Origin: Macrostomum lignano
Lineage: Eukaryota
Direction of reading: 5' to 3'
Assembly (NCBI GenBank): GCA_002269645.1
Contig: NIVC01000040.1
Coordinates: 992,001-1,056,000, forward strand
Length of the DNA: 64,000 nt
In this document: positions 61,870 through 64,000 of the stretch, one piece after another
Numbering within the stretch: position 1 is the first letter of the stretch
Layout of the letters: the number at the start of each line of letters is the position of its first letter
Made by a program: the position numbers and the translations under genes
Notes under the pieces: model-generated
Database searches by the model: none
What the model was told of the DNA's origin: nothing
The model's input: the letters and a program-made list of their open reading frames with translations, nothing else

Positions 61870-62814
61870 GGCCATTACTGACACAACTATGGCCACTGTC
61901 CAAAGGCTGCTAGATGAGGACAAATGTGTAATAGTTCAAGAGCTCAAGAAAAGTGTGAGGATTTTGGATTCAAGCATTGTTTCTTTCTTGCACAATTACC
62001 TCAGCATGAGGAAGGTGTCCGTGCACTGGGTCCCCTACCATCTGGACCTAAACCAGATGCGGGCTTGGGTCAAGTTCTTGAGTTTCATGCTCAAAAGTTT
62101 GACGCAGGAGCTTAAAAACTGGTGGATAACATCATCACTGGTGACGAAACCTGGGTCTACTTTTACGACCCAGAAACCAAAGAGCAGAGCCGGCAGTGGA
62201 TTACAAGGGAAGAGGACATGCCTATCAAGTTTTGTTGCAAGTGAAGCATTGGGAAAGTCATGGCGGCAGTTTTCTTCAGACGATGCAGCATCCTGCCACC
62301 TGTGCTGCTTGAAGATGGCGCCACAGTGACCGGTGAATGGTACTCAACCATCTGTCTACCGCAAGTGCTCAAAAGTCTTGCTCAGCAGTGTCCAAAAATG
62401 AGAGAATGCGGGATTCTGCTGCATCACAACAATGCACCTGCGCACTACACCAGGGTGACCCAACAGTTTTTCCAGTAGACTCAGCTGACGTTGCTGCCAT
62501 ATCCAGCTTATTCACCAGACCTTGCACCCTCTGACTTTTTCCTCTTTCCCAGGATCAAGAAGAACTTGAAGGGAAAGCAATTTGGCTATTATCAAGAGCT
62601 GGAAAATGCACTGAAGACTGAACTGGAGAGTGTCTTATAGCTGGAAATGAGACACTGTTTTGAAGCATGGTTTCATCACATGAAAAAAATGCATGGAATT
62701 GGCTGGAAATTATGTTGAGAAATGTCATTAGGTTAATGCTTATGAAGGTAAATTTTTGGGCAAAACAGATGAGCAGAAATGGGATTTTCTGCAAACTTAT
62801 TAAGCAGCCTCATA
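61870..62814 (+). mobile_element. Decayed mariner (Tc1/mariner) transposon
   Basis: WVP, ITGDETWVYFYDPETKEQS, LLHHNNAPAH, YSPDLAPSDFFLFP motifs with frameshifts and stops; candidate right TIR acttattaagcagcctcata at 62795-62814. Left TIR not identified. Confidence 0.9.
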
Positions 62815-64000
62815 AAAAATACTTTAAATATTTATTATTAATTTAAAATTTATAAAAGGTAAGTTTTCAACTTCTAAAGTTCAAAATTTTTGTTTTGATT
62901 TTTTTTATTTAATGTTGATAGTTATGAATGTATTATATCTTACATAAAGTCACTTTAATACAAGCCATTTTTTACTATATGTATTGGTTTCCCAACAGAC
63001 ATTCAGACAGACATTCAGAAATTGTTGAGTAAATGTTTAACAAAATTGTGTTTTTAGTACTCAAGATAAAATGAATTTGTAGACATTTTTACACATGTCT
63101 CTACTTTAAAAAGAAACCTCAGACACGAACACCAAGACATTTTATAAGCCAATATATTCCCTGGGAATATACCAAATACTTGTATATTATAATCATTTTT
63201 TGAGAAGCCGCTTTGCACTTTGCTCTTTTTGCATGAAAATTGCACACCTGCTTTATGCATGTCTCTACTTTAAAAAGACACCTCAAACATGTACAAAGAT
63301 TTTCTTTCTAAAGCATTCTTTTGTTTTATGATCCCCTTATACTTGTCCTACAGAACATGGCACTTTTGATATCTGATCCCCTATGTAGAAGATAGGATCT
63401 TGTATGATATCAGTGCCAGTGGAGTATATTTGAAGCACAATTACTCTAATTAATTGTAAGCCACAATTTTTGGCAATAGTAGGCAATAGTGTCTCTATAT
63501 TCACTTTCATTATACAATCATTCAAATAGAGGAAATGTATGTAAAGGGATCGGATAACAAAACTTGGGCTCTTCATCAATTTCATAATACAATATTACAA
63601 TCCCCCAAGTTGAAAATGTGTTTGCAGGGGATTATGTACCTAACATATGAAATAACTCCCTGTAAAAATTTTAGCAATGGCCAATAAAAGGAATTTTCCT
63701 GGGTCATTTCATACAATTCAGTTGGAAAAGATTACTGATCTTTTGCAGCCCATGGCACTAAGGTTTCTAACTGATGACAACTGGATCCTTTTTTGGGTTG
63801 TTGAATGGGTTGTTGCCTAAATCATGGCCATGTCCAACCTGTTTTGGTCCAATGACAATCATAGCCACCAAAAACACAAAAGATGGCTACGTGTTCTGAT
63901 GTAAAAAACTGGTGTCCAGTCTATATAGTGCCTATTAGAGCTGTCAAAATTAGAGATTTTATTTGAGATGAGATTTGAGACGAGAAAGGCTTATAAGTCG

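Noticed and set aside
57722-64000. EMC1 first exon (signal peptide, LYEDQ.G..DW)
   Set aside because: Not found by eye; presumably beyond the window end.
63937-64000. Possible DNA transposon terminus (TAGAGCTGTCAAAA...)
   Set aside because: At the window edge, with no partner TIR or TSD to test.

Overview
Eukaryotic (metazoan) genomic DNA with GC-rich exons and introns filled by micro- and minisatellites; a free-living flatworm such as Macrostomum is my guess from style only. Five spliced protein-coding genes can be assembled with consistent splice phases: an NR2E-family nuclear receptor (+, 900-13664), an LKB1/STK11-like kinase (-, 15466-17564), an orphan amidated-neuropeptide precursor (-, 25102-28100), an MCTP (-, 37802-40848) and EMC1 (-, 48569-57721, first exon not found in the window). 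Mobile DNA includes a nest of three different RNase H-encoding LINE pieces inside one CAA-rich minisatellite (28.5-34.7 kb; the largest is APE-RT-RNase H-CCHC and is split by a Harbinger-type MITE), two truncated copies of another LINE, a tRNA-derived SINE, a decayed mariner and a neprilysin pseudogene fragment. The most unusual signals are the LINE nest with an extra upstream RNase H, the 41-residue amidated peptide candidate, intron minisatellites seeded from splice-site sequence, complementary microsatellites at the two ends of one intron, and a sharply bounded CpG-depleted domain with an internal control. All coordinates and counts were read by hand; no database search was run.
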